Shown: positions 1-12,935, numbered from the stretch's first letter. The stretch: DNA of 64,000 nucleotides from Leucoraja ocellata (GCA_036785375.1 JAWMAR010000268.1:1860001-1924000), one strand, 5' to 3'. Numbers and translations are program-made. Notes: generated by a model not told the origin, from the letters alone.

Positions 1-2934
1 TGAATGGGTGACGTTTCCGGTCGAGATCCTTCTTCAGACTCGAAACGTCTATCTTCAGTGTAAGTCAGCATCTGCAGTTCCTTCCTATACATTTCATCTG
101 CAGTATTATTCAGCTCAGTCCTAAGGGAATAAAAGTCAATGGTCCCAGCACTGAGCCGGGGAACCCACTCTCAACCATTCTCTGAAATGATAGTTCTACC
201 TTTTAGGCTAAAGTCTTATATATGCAGCGGCTGAGAACCTGAATCAGTGTGCCTCGGTTTTGCAGTTTGTTTTTGTGATGGGGTGGCACTGTGGCGCAGC
301 TGTGGAGTTGCTGCCTTACAGCGGCAGAGACCCGGGTTCGATCCCGACTACGGGTGCTGTCTGTACGGAGTTTGCACGTTCTCCCTGTGACCAATTGCAA
401 ATTGTCCCCAGTGTGTGTAGTAGGACAGTGCCAGTGTGTGTGGATCGCTGGTCGGTGCGGACTCAGCCCTGTTTCTGCATTATATCTCTCAACTAAACTA
501 AACTAAACATTCCGTCAAGCTTCTGGGAAACTCAGTCACCTTGGTCAAATCTGATTTATATTTTAAGGACACAAAATGCTGGAGTAACTCAGCGGGTCAG
601 GCAGCATCTTCGGAGATCAGCCGATGTTTGATTGGGACCCTCTTTTGGTCTGAAGAAGGGGCCTGACCTGAAAGGTCACCGTTCCACGATCTGTAGAGAA
701 ACTGCCTGACCCACTGAGTTACTCCAGCACTTTGTGTCTTTTTTTTTTGTATACCAGCATCTGCAGTTTCTTGTGTCTGATTTATCTTTTACTTACGCCT
801 CGCAAGAGATCTGTGTCGCTCTGCTCTATTAACCCTTCCCATGAATCTGTTTCCAGTTTGCTACTGAAGGCTTTTTTGCAGCCAAGCTAACCTTGCACAG
901 TCTGCAGTTACCTCTATGCAGAGACACGGAACTGCAGATGCTGGTTCATACACTAAATGTTATTCCCTGGATCCTGTATCTGTACACTGTGGACATTTGC
1001 TTGTCATCATGTATTGTCTTTCCACTGACTGGATAGCACGCAACAAAAGTTCTTCAGTGTATCGGTGAATGTGACAATCAGCTACGCTAATCTAATCCAG
1101 CAGGTCAGGCAGCATCTCTAGGGAGCATGAATAGGTGACGTTTCAATAGACAATAGATAATAGGTGCAGGAGTAGGCCATTCGGCCCTTCGAGCCAGCAC
1201 CGCCATTCTATATGATCATGGCTGATCATCCAAAATCAGTACCCCATTCCTGCTTTTTCCCCCATATCCCTTGATATCCATTAGCCCTAAGAGCCACATC
1301 CAACTCCCTCTTGAAAACATCCAGTGAATCGGCCTCCACTGACTTCTGCGGCAGAGAATTCCACAGATTCACGACTCTCTGGGTGAATTTGTTTTACTCA
1401 TCTCGGTACACACACTGCCGCCCAGCTTTGTGTCATCTGCAGTCTTGGAGATGTTACCTTTAATTCCTTCGTCTAAATCGTTAAGGAGTAGAATTGAAAC
1501 GGAAATTGTAATCAGAATCTGATGAAAACGTGGTAGATCGGCTGTCAGGAGTGAGGGAGTGAGAGGTGAACGGACTCGGGATTCAAGTGTAAACCTCGCT
1601 GAACCCGGGTCTCTGGCGCCGAGAGGCAGCGTCTTTCCCAGCTGCTCCACCGTGCCCAGAGGTCGCTGCTATGCTCAATCTGCCTCAGACTGGGCTTGCG
1701 ATGAGTCTCGAACTCGAGATGGAACGGGATGCAGTCTATCCCTGAGTCCTGGCCTGCTGCACAATAAAGAAGCGGAAACAATGAATTGCAGGTGGCGGGC
1801 AGCACACAAAAGGACGCAAAACGTTACTCCGAACGTTTTGGGCCAAGACCATACTGCAGTGGGCAGTACCACGGGGCAAGGGCAAGTGTGGGTGCAGATG
1901 GCAGTGAGCGGCTCTGACAACGAGTTAACATGGATGCGCTTGAGTGGAACTGACTGCATTTGCGTAGTTCAGAGCACTGGGCTAGAATGTGCCGTTTTCA
2001 GCTCTCTTCTCCTGTCATATTTGGTCTGATCATTCCCCGTGATCTGGGCTGCAGATGACGGTGCCTCTACAAGCCTGCGGTCAACTCTCCCCTTATTAAT
2101 TTATAACAAAGAAACCAGCCCTCGGTAAAATTCTTCAGCCAGATGTCTGTTGAGAAAGTAGGTCTTATGTAAGGAAAAGTCAGAAGATTTAGATTATCTT
2201 GCTGCTAATTGGGGTAAATAACATGATTTCTTGACAGGACCGAATCTTCACATTATGCTTTTAGAAAAAAAAGTTTCAAGATCAAATGTCTGAAGCGTTT
2301 GTTTTTATTTCATATGTCCGCTATTTTTGAGTCGCAGATCTCTCAGCGTGCCCCGTTTGCGCAGCCTTACAGCGCCAGAGACCTGGGTTCGATCCTGACT
2401 ACGGATGCAGTCTGTTTCACGTTTATACATTCTGCCCGTGACCGAGGAAACACTTTTTCTCACAGAGAGTTGTGAGTCTGTGGAATTCTCTGCCTCGGAG
2501 GGTGGCAGAGAATACTTTCAAGAGAGAGCTAGATAGGGCTCTTAAATTTCCAAATAATTTCCCAATCACCCTTTCTGGCTTAAGCCCTCCCTTCACCACC
2601 TCCGGTTTAAATTCCATTTGGAATATTTTGGAGGACCAAGAAACCAAGAACCAAGGTCCTACCAGGGACACGTGACAATAAACTCTCTTGAACTTGAGTA
2701 ACTCAGAACTGGAGAACAAGGAGAGGTGACATTTTGGACCAAGATGCTTCTGCAAACGGGTCATGAGGTTCCCGACCCTAATCATCACCTCGCCATGTTC
2801 TCCAGAGTTGCTGCCTGACCTGCTGAGCTTGTGTGTCATGTTTGGCCCATATCCCTCTAGCTGTTCCTATCCATGTACCTGTCCAAATATTGCCTTTCCA
2901 TAAGAGTCCAGCATAGGACTGATGAAGCTGATAG

Positions 2935-3228
2935 GCGGCACGGTGGCGCAGCGGTAGAGTTGCTACCTTACAGCACCAGAGACCCCGAGACTACGGGTGC
3001 TGTCTGTACGGAGTTTGCACGTTCTGTTCTCCCTGTTCACCTGCGTTGGTTTCCTCTGGGTGCTCCGGATTCCTCCCACACTCCAAAGACGTACAGGTTT
3101 GGTATCATTGTAAATTGATCCTAGTGTGTGTCGGATAGTGTTAATGTGCGGGGATCGCTGGTCAGCACGGGCTCGGTGGGCCGAAGGGCCTGTTTCCACG
3201 CTGTATCTCTAATCTAAACTAAACTAAA
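2935..3228 (+). mobile_element. HE1-like tRNA-derived V-SINE (representative)
   Basis: tRNA-like head TGGCGCAGCGGTAG, V-domain GGAGTTTGCACGTTCT...CTCCCACACTCCAAAGAC, CR1-derived tail GGCCGAAGGGCCTGTTTCC and (CTAAA)n. Other copies at about 283-510, 6096-6340, 7030-7437(-), 12940-13430, 27700-27965(-), 34697-34985, 38060-38315(-), 40830-41110, 57213-57530 and 60712-61225. Confidence 0.88.
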
Positions 3229-5155
3229 AGCCGCCGTTATAGATTCCCTTCATTTGGCAAACCCATGCCTAATGCACACATACACAAGTGGCCACTATGG
3301 TCAAAGTATTCAAGGGCATCAGTAACTGAAGCAACTGCACGGAATTTCGACAAACTCCGAGGGAACATCTCTGAGATGAGCTATGGTAATTTGCACAGTT
3401 TCCAAGGAAACAGGAATTTCAGGAGGCAATTGTGACTCGTCGGATGAAACAAGCTAATGGCATTGCCTTGGGATCTAAATCTTCCAGGTCAGTTGTTCCT
3501 TGAATCTAATACAAAGTGCTGCCTGTGTGTGTTTAAATATAAAGTACACCTTAGGCAAATGCACTTGTAAGACGTGTCATTGTCTATCTTCATAAGATTA
3601 AACCGATGTCTCGCCAATTGGTGCATGAAAAGGATGGGACATTTATAAGTTAACGTGTTACAAAAAAATGTGAAGAATGAAACACGTATCCTGTGGAATT
3701 CTCTGCCTCAGAGGGCGGTGGAGGCCGGTTCTCTGGATGCTTTCAAGAGAGAACTAGATAGGGCTCTTAAAATAGCGGAGTCAGGGGATATGGGGAGAAG
3801 GCAGGAACGGGGTACTGATTGGGGATGATCAGCCATGGTCACATTGAATGATGGCGCTGGCTCGAAGGGCCGATTGGCCTACTCCTGCACCTATTGTCTA
3901 TTGTTGAAGGCAGGCTAGTGGAGATGAAGATAATCTCTCTGTCTTGATCCCTTGTTGCCCCAGGGTGTGCCAATACTCAACGTAGAGAAGGACATGGAAC
4001 TGTACAGCACAGAAACAGGCCCTTCGGGACTGAAACAGGCCCACTATGTCCATGCCGAACATGATGCCACGCGATTAAGGGTGAGTGTGCCTAATGTATA
4101 TTGTCACTGAATTGCATGCGAAAAAAGAATTTCACTGTAACTTGGGGACAAAAAGTACCATTGAAACATGGAACTGCACAACACACCATGTACGCACCAA
4201 ACATGATGCCAGGTTAACTATTCCCTTCTGCCCACACGTGATCCATGCCTTTCCATTCCCTGCATATCCATGTGCCTATCTAAAAGCTTAACTAAAAGTT
4301 AGGGAGGCCAGGAAGTGAGCGGGCAAGATCATCTCTGACCCCTCTCACCCTGGCCACAAACTCTTTGAATCACTTCCTTCTGGAAGGCGACTCCGGACTG
4401 TCAAAGCTATCACAGCCAGATATAAAAACAGTTTTTATTTATCCATGAGTAGTTGCTCTACTCAACAGCCAGAAATCTGTAGCCTCCCTTTGATCTGGCA
4501 TTTTGTTGGTTCACATGTTTGATCAATGGTGTTTTATCATTAATGTTTTATTATTATTAATGTTTAGTGTTTCATTCGTAACTGTCACTGTATGTCATGT
4601 TGTTACTTGTGGGCGGAGCACCAAGGCAAATTCCTTGTATGTGAAGACTTGGCCAATAAACTTACTTACTTACCTCTTATTGTCACGTGTACCGAGGTAC
4701 AGTGAAAAGCTTTTGTTGCGTGCTAACCAGTCAGCAGAAAGACAACACATGATGACAATCGAGCCGTTTACAGTGGAGAGTTGAATATACGGGGGGCTCA
4801 CGATATTTTCTATTCCAGATTTTCCGCGTCAACAGGGTCGTGAAACCAAATGGTCAACCAGGAGATCGTGAAGATTCCACGCACAAGAGCAGCAAGCAGA
4901 GGTCAGGGTTGAACTGAGGAATGAGGGGAAATAATTCAGGGAGGATTAGAGAGAGAGAGGGGGAGAGAGTGAGAGAGAGATGTATCATTGAGAGAAGGAT
5001 GGTGTGTCAGTGAGAGAGATAGTGTCAGTAACCAAGGTGTGGAGTGCATTGGTGATTCAAGAGAGTTTATTGTCATGTGTCCCAGATAGGACAATGAAAT
5101 CCTTGCTTTGCTTCAGCACAACAGAACATAGTAGGCATGAATATAGAACAGATCA

Positions 5156-5664
5156 NNNNNNNNNNNNNNNNNNNNNNNNNNNNNNNNNNNNNNNNNNNNN
5201 NNNNNNNNNNNNNNNNNNNNNNNNNNNNNNNNNNNNNNNNNNNNNNNNNNNNNNNNNNNNNNNNNNNNNNNNNNNNNNNNNNNNNNNNNNNNNNNNNNNN
5301 NNNNNNNNNNNNNNNNNNNNNNNNNNNNNNNNNNNNNNNNNNNNNNNNNNNNNNNNNNNNNNNNNNNNNNNNNNNNNNNNNNNNNNNNNNNNNNNNNNNN
5401 NNNNNNNNNNNNNNNNNNNNNNNNNNNNNNNNNNNNNNNNNNNNNNNNNNNNNNNNNNNNNNNNNNNNNNNNNNNNNNNNNNNNNNNNNNNNNNNNNNNN
5501 NNNNNNNNNNNNNNNNNNNNNNNNNNNNNNNNNNNNNNNNNNNNNNNNNNNNNNNNNNNNNNNNNNNNNNNNNNNNNNNNNNNNNNNNNNNNNNNNNNNN
5601 NNNNNNNNNNNNNNNNNNNNNNNNNNNNNNNNNNNNNNNNNNNNNNNNNNNNNNNNNNNNNNNN
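5156..5664. other. assembly gap (N run); further gaps at 11607-11788 and 11976-12120
   Basis: Runs of N. Confidence 1.
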
Positions 5665-6559
5665 AGAGATAGTGTGTGAGAGGGAGAAAGAGAATGTGTG
5701 AGAGAGAGAGAGAGAGATGTCAGTGTAATATTGTGAAGGTGTGAGGGTCTTTGATAATGTTGGCTGATTTTCTGTGGCAGTGTGAAGTAAAGGTGGAGTT
5801 GATGTACGATGGGCTGGGCTACATACATGCTGTGTAGCTTCTTGCGTTCTTGGGCAGAGCCGTTGGCAAGCTGTGATGCTGCTGGACAGGACGCATTCTG
5901 TGATGTCTCCGAAGATGTTGGTGCGAGCCATGGATTGAGTCGTTGAGCAGAATCGGAGACATGTGGAATTTCCTTAGCCTCCTGGAGAAGCAGAGGCATG
6001 GGGTGCGCTCATATCTGCAGCCTGAATGTGGTCGGACCAGGACAAACTGTTGGGTGATATTTATGCTCAGAAACATGAAGCTCTCGTCTATTTGAGTGGC
6101 ACGGTGGTGCAGCGGTAGAGTTGCTGCCTCACAGCGCCAGAGACTAGGATTCCATCCTGACTATGGGTGCTGTACAGATTTGTACATTCTCCCCGTGACT
6201 GCGTGGGTTTTCTCCGGGTGCTCCGGTTTCCTCCCACACTCCAAAGACGTACAGGTTTGTAGGTTAATTGGCTTCAGTAAAAATGTAAATTGTCCCGAGT
6301 GTGTGTGTGGGATAGTGTTAGTGTGTGGGGGTCATTGAATTGTTGAAACTTTAAAATAAGAAATGTTTGGGGATTCTTCTGGGTGAAGTAATTGGGAGAG
6401 GTCCCCTACAGCAAGTGGCCTTAGATCTTGGTCAGTAGGGGTGTTGACTTGAAACCTCACCCAATCCTTCCCTCCTGAGATGCTACGGATTTTTATATCT
6501 ACCTATATCTGCAGTTCCTTCCGATACTAAGCATCTGTCCTCCAGTTTGGTACTGCAGA

Positions 6560-6578
6560 CCCGCCATCTAGTGGTCAG
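6560..6578 (-). promoter_or_regulatory. candidate CTCF site
   Basis: The minus strand reads CTGACCACTAGATGGCGGG, a close match to the CTCF core, in unique sequence about 0.9 kb upstream of mir-181. Confidence 0.6.
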
Positions 6579-7477
6579 ACTGAGTGCTGCGCAACACACC
6601 ACACAACATCCACTATAACCAGAGTCCTTTACCTAACAGAGTCTCAGCGCTGGGTAGATTCACGGGACAATCATGAGTTTTATGAATGGGCAATAAATAT
6701 GCAGAAATAAACTCTCAAATAATAAAAAACAAACACTTATTTAATAGGAAAAATGTTGAAACAAGGAATTGCAGATGCTGGTTTAAAGTCTGAAGCAGAA
6801 TCCTGACCCTAAAACGTTACCTATCCATGTTCTCTTGGGATGCTGCCTGACCCGCTGAGTTACTCCGGCACTTTATAGCAGGTCGACTCAGAGCAGAAGC
6901 TTTCATTTAAACATAACATAGAACAGTACAGCACAGGAACAGGCCCTTCAGCCCACAATGTCTGTGCCGAACATGATGCCAAATTGGTCTCCTCTGACCT
7001 TAAAGATGCGCCCTTTAGTACTTGTCATTTAATTTAGACTTTGGAGATACAGCACGGAAACAGGCCCTTCGATGAAGCCAGTCTGTGCCGACCAGCGATC
7101 ACTGTCCTACACACACTAGGGACAATTTACAAGTCTGAAGAAGGGTTTCAGCTCGAAACGTTGCCTATTTCCTTCGCTCCATAGATGCTGCTGCACCCGC
7201 TGATTTTCTCCAGCACTTTTGTCTACCTAGGGACAATTTACAATGAATGGAGGCCAATTAACCTGCAAACCTGTACGTCTGTGGAGTGTGGGAGGAAATT
7301 GGAGCACCCGTTAAAATACCCACGCAGGTCATGGGGGGAACGTACAAACTCCGTACAGACTGCACCTGTTGTCGGGATCGAACCCGGGTCTCTGGCGCCG
7401 TGAGGCAGCAACTCTACCGCTGCGCCACCGTGCCGCCCGATTTAGACAGTGCACAAAAATATTCATCAGCTGTGGAT

Positions 7478-7565
7478 TGGTTACGACTTCAGTGAACATT
7501 CAACGCTGTCGGTGAGTTTGGACATTAGAGGAACCATCGACCGTTGACTGTACCCTGCGGCCGAG
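7478..7565 (+). ncRNA. mir-181: pre-miRNA, miR-181a-type (syntenic position of mammalian mir-181c)
   Basis: 7495-7517 AACATTCAACGCTGTCGGTGAGT is the mature miR-181a-5p sequence. The star arm ACCATCGACCGTTGACTGTACC at 7533-7554 folds back on it. Confidence 0.96.
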
Positions 7566-7674
7566 ATGATATCCGCGAGAGATAGCCAAAGACGGGGGAG
7601 TTATTTGGCAGTGACTGCGTGGTTGCAGAGATGTACTGCAGGGAGCAGTGATCTTGCATTGGATGCTCCCCTAA

Positions 7675-7898
7675 ATGCCCCTGTCCCACTTAGGAAACCT
7701 GAACGGAAACCTCTGGAGACTTTGTGCCCCACCCAAGGTTTCCGTGCGGTTCCCGGAGGTTGCAGGTGGTTGCCGGAGGTTGCAGGTAGTGGAAGCGGGT
7801 AGGGAGACTGACAAAAACCTCCGGGAACCGCACAGAAACCTTGGGCGGGGCGCAAAGTCTCCAGAGGTTTCTGTTCAGGTTTCCTAAGTGGGACAGGG
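7675..7898. mobile_element. MITE with ~83-bp terminal inverted repeats (PIF/Harbinger-like termini CCCTGTCCCA)
   Basis: 7679-7761 is a near-perfect reverse complement of 7817-7898. Termini resemble those of the 61233 element. Confidence 0.85.
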
Positions 7899-8129
7899 TT
7901 ACACTGCGATGGTCCATGAGACAACTGGCGGCCAAGAAAATGCAGAAAGTTGCAGAGCACCCAGAGGAATCCCATGCGCTCACTGGGGGAACGTGCCAAC
8001 TCCACACAGACAGCACCTGAGGCCAGGATGGAAGCCGGGTCTCTGGCACTGTGTGGCAGCAGCACTACCAGCTGCACCACTGAAGGCTGCCACAGGAATG
8101 TAACCAGTTGTTGCTGCCTGTTACACTGC

Positions 8130-8690
8130 AGTTTATTGCCACGTGTACCGAGGTACAGTGAAAAGCTTTTGCTGCGTGCTAACCAGTCAGTGGAAAGACA
8201 ATACGTGATTACAGTCGAGCCATTCATAGTGTACAGTTTCATGACAAGGGAAAAATGTTTAGTGCAAAAAGCCGAACAAGGCAAAGTCCGATCAAAGATA
8301 ATCCGAGGGTCACCAATGAGGTAGATAGTAGTTCAGGACTGTTCTCTAGTTGTGATAGGATGGTTCAGTTGCCTGATAACAGCTGGGAAGAAACTGGTCC
8401 TGAATCTGGAGGTGTGTGTTTTCGCACTTCTATAACTTTTGCCCAATGGGAGAGGGGAGAAGAGGGAGTGGCCAGGGTGTGACTGGTCCTTGCTGGGGCA
8501 GCGTGAGGTGTAGATGGAGTCAATGGAAGGGAGGTTGGTTTGTGTGATGGTCGGGGCTGCTCCACAATCCACTGCAATTTCTTGGAATCTTGGATGGACG
8601 GAGCTGTTCCCAATCCGATCTGTGATGCATCCGGAGGGAAGGCTGCCTACGGCGCATCTGTAGAAGTTGGTGAGAGTTGTTGGGGACGTG
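8130..8690 (-). mobile_element. Rex1/Babar-type LINE 3' fragment between the two mir-181 hairpins
   Basis: LTNFYRCAV...GCIT...LPSIDSIYTSRC...HPGHSLFSPLP...RFRTSFFPAVIRQLN. Related pieces at about 4300-4780, 5780-6090, 12121-12500, 42495-42730 and 59450-59735. Confidence 0.82.
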
Positions 8691-8729
8691 CGGATCTTGT
8701 TGGCGCTGGTCACCAGCGCTGTTGGTAAA

Positions 8730-8807
8730 GGCCACAATCAACATTCATTGCTGTCGGTGGGTTGTAAGTTATGGAAAACTCACTGACCAATGAGTGCAAC
8801 TGTGGCC
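8730..8807 (+). ncRNA. mir-181: pre-miRNA, miR-181b-type (syntenic position of mammalian mir-181d)
   Basis: 8740-8762 AACATTCATTGCTGTCGGTGGGT is the mature miR-181b-5p sequence. Star arm CTCACTGACCAATGAGTGCAA at 8779-8799; basal stem GGCCACA/TGTGGCC. Confidence 0.96.
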
Positions 8808-8827
8808 GGATGATTCAACCTTCGACC

Positions 8828-8858
<31 letters not shown>

Positions 8859-9324
8859 TTGTACCATGCAGACTCGACCAAATAGACCAGGGATTTGTTT
8901 AACCATCTCCATCTTGCAGGGTCTTTGATCAAGCCACGTGAAATGATCCTTTGCATTTTTTTCCTGTGATATTCAGTTTTTAGTTTTCGAGATATATAGC
9001 GTGAAAACAGGCCCTTCGGCCCACCGGGTCTGTGCCGACCAGCGATCACCCCGTACGCTGGCTCTATCCTACACACACACTAGGGACAATTGACGGAAGC
9101 CAACCCCCGCAGGTTTGGGACGTGGGAGGAAACGAGAAGGTGAGGATGCAATCAATTTATAGATTATTAAAAAAGAAATGGTGTCAGGATCTGGTGAGGG
9201 GGGGATGAAACTACAAAGTTGGTATATCCCTTTTTGCGTGGTTTTCCTAATAGAGCTTGTGTTTCTTTTTCTTTCATTTCTATGGCCTTTCTTAACTTTT
9301 TCCCCTAACTTTGTTTAATAGGTC

Positions 9325-10030
9325 TTTCACATTTTGGAGTGATTGATTTGATATATTTACAAAGCTTTTCCAGTCAAGAATAGAACCCAAAACGGAATGG
9401 ATTATATTTGGAATAATAGGAGAAGATACCAATTTAAATAAAGATCAAAATGTTTTTTTTAAATTATGGGTTAATAATTAGAAAGAAATTGATACTTAAA
9501 TTTTGGAAAAATACAACCATACCAACTGTTAAAATGTGGATTAGAAATATGATGGACATAGCACGCCTTGAAGAAATGAGACTCCGACTAATAGATAAAT
9601 ATGACCAATTTTTAAGGAGTTGGTCTCCTTTCATCGACTTTTTGGAATCATGTGATGCAGCGGTACCGTAAAGATTGCTGATTTCAGTTCATGACGCGGA
9701 TAGATCTACATCTCCGAATACAGATTTGAAAAATTATCTTTTAAGGGGCCTTCTCTTCTATTTCTACTTTCCACTTTCTCTCTTCCTTTTTTATTTTTTA
9801 TACACACTTCACGTTTTTCTACTCTCTACCATCTATTTTTCCACTTTTTCCTCTTTCTATTGTTTTCTTTTTCTTGTCTTGCTTACTTCCTTCTCATAAC
9901 ATAAAACTAGAGGTTGTACATAGAATGGATTACGGTATTACATAGTTGGCATCTAAAATTAGGTTCCACTGTACTGTTTTGTGCTGTATTAACTTCTAAT
10001 AAAATAAACAAAAAAAAAAACAAAAAAAAG
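9325..10030 (+). mobile_element. L1-clade LINE 3' end with poly(A) tail
   Basis: ORF2-like C-terminus KKLILKFWK...PTVKMW...FLRSWSPFIDFL; T-rich 3' UTR; AATAAA followed by an A-rich tail. Confidence 0.8.
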
Positions 10031-12624
10031 AATTGGTGTCAGGATCTGGTGAGGGGGGGATGAAAATACGAAGTTGGTATATCCCTTTTTGCGTGGTTTT
10101 CCTAATAGAGCTTTTGTTTCTTTTTCTTTCTTTCTTTTCTATAGCCTGTTTCTTAACTTTTTTCCCTAACTTTGTTTAATAGGTCGTTCTTTTTGATCAC
10201 TTTTTCACACTAACACGACTCTCTCTCACTTTCTTTACTTTCTTTCTTTCTATCTTTCCTTAAAGCTTAAAAAATGAAGGGGCACAATAAATGTAACAAG
10301 ATATATGTGGCTTGCACTATTGTAATTTACTGTACTTCTAATTAAAAAAAAAAATTATTGATTATTAAGTTATTGTATGATTGGTTATTGTTTATTTATT
10401 TGTTGTGATTACGGGCCTGTAAAGCTACAGCAAGTGGGATTTGCATTGCTCGATGGCTGGTATATGCTCATTATTTTGTGTACTAGTCATGTCTCTACTA
10501 TTTATTTCATTCCCCTTACATGTTTTTCCTCTACCTGCTAAATTTTTGTAAGGTGTCCTTGAGACTCTTGAAAGGCGCCCATAAATAAAATTTATTATTA
10601 TTATTATTATTATTATGATCCCATCTTGAACAGCTGCCTGCGAAGTCAGTCTGAAGAAGGGTCTCGACCCGAAACTAGACACAGAATGCTGGAGTAACTC
10701 AGCGGGACAGGCAGCATCTCTGGATGAAATAAATGGGTGACGTTTTTGGGTCGAGACACTTCCTCAGCCCGACTTGAAACGCCACCTATTCCTTTTCGCC
10801 AGAGATGCTGCCTGTCCCGCTGAGCCACTCCAGCATCTTGTGAAGACGGGACTGGGGGCAAAGTATTCTCGACCTACGGCACCACCCAAGCCGTGGTGAG
10901 GCAGCTGCATGAAAGATCAGAGCCCTTCCCTTATTTATTTTTCACGACTTAAATTTCTGAATGTCACATTTTGCCATTTTATACCAGGGTTTAATCTGCT
11001 CTTGTTCGCACCTGAGAAATGCTGTTGACTCAAGTGAGGGGAAACTCTTTGATGTTCAGTTGCTGTGTCGCTGGCTGCAGGTGATGGGGCAAAAAAATAT
11101 TAACACTTCCTGGTCATTTAGACACCGGCTCAACAGATGAATGGTCAGAGGCCAGACACCAGCCAGACAGTGACATAAATGAATGAGCCAACACTGCATA
11201 GGTCAGATTAGCACACAATGCCCACCACAGAGATACTTGGCTGGCTTTAAACGATGGAAAGGACTTTCATATGACTACCCTGTAATTTCTCCTGCAGGGA
11301 AGAGCTGCAGACACTGGTTTAATTCTAAGATAGACACAAAATGCTGGAGTAACTCAGCGGGACAGGCAGCATCTCTGGAGAGAAGGAATGGGTGATGTTT
11401 CAGGTCGAGACCTTTCTTCTGACTGATCAAGGGTCTCTGAAGAAGGGTCTCGATCAGAAATGTCACCCGTCAAGTCAAGAGAGTTTATTGTCATGTGTCC
11501 CAGATAGGACAATGAAATTCTTGCTTGCTGCAGCACAACAGAGTATTGTAGGCATAAATACAGAACAGTTCAGATCAGTGTGACCATATACCACAGAATT
11601 AAAAAANNNNNNNNNNNNNNNNNNNNNNNNNNNNNNNNNNNNNNNNNNNNNNNNNNNNNNNNNNNNNNNNNNNNNNNNNNNNNNNNNNNNNNNNNNNNNN
11701 NNNNNNNNNNNNNNNNNNNNNNNNNNNNNNNNNNNNNNNNNNNNNNNNNNNNNNNNNNNNNNNNNNNNNNNNNNNNNNNNNNNNNNNNTGACTCTGACAT
11801 CGGGGGGAGAGGGAAGTGCAGGGGAGAGATAAGTATTTTTGCCTTCCATCACAGCGAGGAGGAGATGCGCTGTGAGGGATGTCTGTGTAAATTGTGTTGT
11901 GTCTTGGGTCTTTTTTTTCTTGTATGTATGACTGCAGAAACAACATTTCACTTGAGCCTCTATGAGGTTCAAGTGNNNNNNNNNNNNNNNNNNNNNNNNN
12001 NNNNNNNNNNNNNNNNNNNNNNNNNNNNNNNNNNNNNNNNNNNNNNNNNNNNNNNNNNNNNNNNNNNNNNNNNNNNNNNNNNNNNNNNNNNNNNNNNNNN
12101 NNNNNNNNNNNNNNNNNNNNGCTGTTATAGTTCATAGTTTGTTTGAAGTTGAGTTTAATAGCCTGATGGAGTAGCTGTTCCACAACCTGGATGTTGCAGA
12201 TTTCAGGCTCCTGTACCTTCTACCTGATGGCAGCAGGGAGATGAGTGTGTGGCCAGGATGGTGTGGGTCCTTGATGACACTGCCAGCCTTTTTGAGGTAG
12301 CGACTGCGATAGATCCCCTCGATGGTGGGGAGGTCAGAGCCGATGATGGACTGGGCAGTGGTTACAACTTTCTGCAGCTTTTCCACTACTGTACGGTCAA
12401 GTTTGCGAACCAAGTCACGATGCAACCGGTCAGCATGCTCTCTACCATGCACCTGTAGAAGTTCGAGAGAGTCCTCCTTGACATACCGACTCTCTGTAAT
12501 CATCTCAGGATCCACTCCTTCTCTCATGAGATGCTGCCTGGCCCGCTGAGTTACTCCGGCAATTTGTGTCTTATCTCCCTGTAATAATTGTACAATATCA
12601 CAAAGTTCATTTGTGCAACATCAT

Positions 12625-12935
12625 CCGGGGACTCACTGAAGCTCGGTGCAGCCAACGCCAAGGCTCTGTGGGGGAGGACCACAGTCTAGGGTCCTTCTGC
12701 TGCTGGATATTAGGGGGCAGAGTCTGGTGGGGACTCCCCCCAAACAAGGGAACGGAGATCACCCCTAGGGCCCACATGAGTGGCAAGGGTGTTCGGTAAA
12801 TTTGTAAACACTACATTACGACGCAATGAGTATATGTATAGCATTCGAAAATGGTAGAAGATTTTTTGGCACGGTTCCTGCACTGTACGCTTTCTTTTAA
12901 CATTGAATAAAGTTACTTTTCATTTTTATTTTAAA
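12625..12935 (+). mobile_element. Tx1/L1-like LINE 3' end
   Basis: RDSLKLGAANAKALWGRTTV* followed by a 3' UTR ending in AATAAAG and an A/T tail. Confidence 0.55.

Noticed and set aside
283-360. tRNA gene (A/B boxes) here and at other SINE heads
   Set aside because: Each continues into a V-domain and CR1-like tail and lacks a complete cloverleaf. These are SINE heads.
1559-2029. 156-aa plus-strand ORF in partly unique sequence
   Set aside because: It starts within an antisense SINE head, has a non-ATG start, and shows no recognisable domain or convincing exon boundaries.
5004-5999. Long ORFs around 5.0-6.0 kb and 11.5-12.2 kb
   Set aside because: Artefacts of translating through N gaps.
1-7400. 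mir-23/27/24 cluster expected upstream from human synteny
   Set aside because: I did not find the mature sequences on either strand by eye; the cluster is probably outside the window.
7601-8284. 227-aa minus-strand ORF with an internal repeat
   Set aside because: It reads through the MITE, SINE and Rex1 pieces; the peptide repeat comes from the MITE's inverted repeats.
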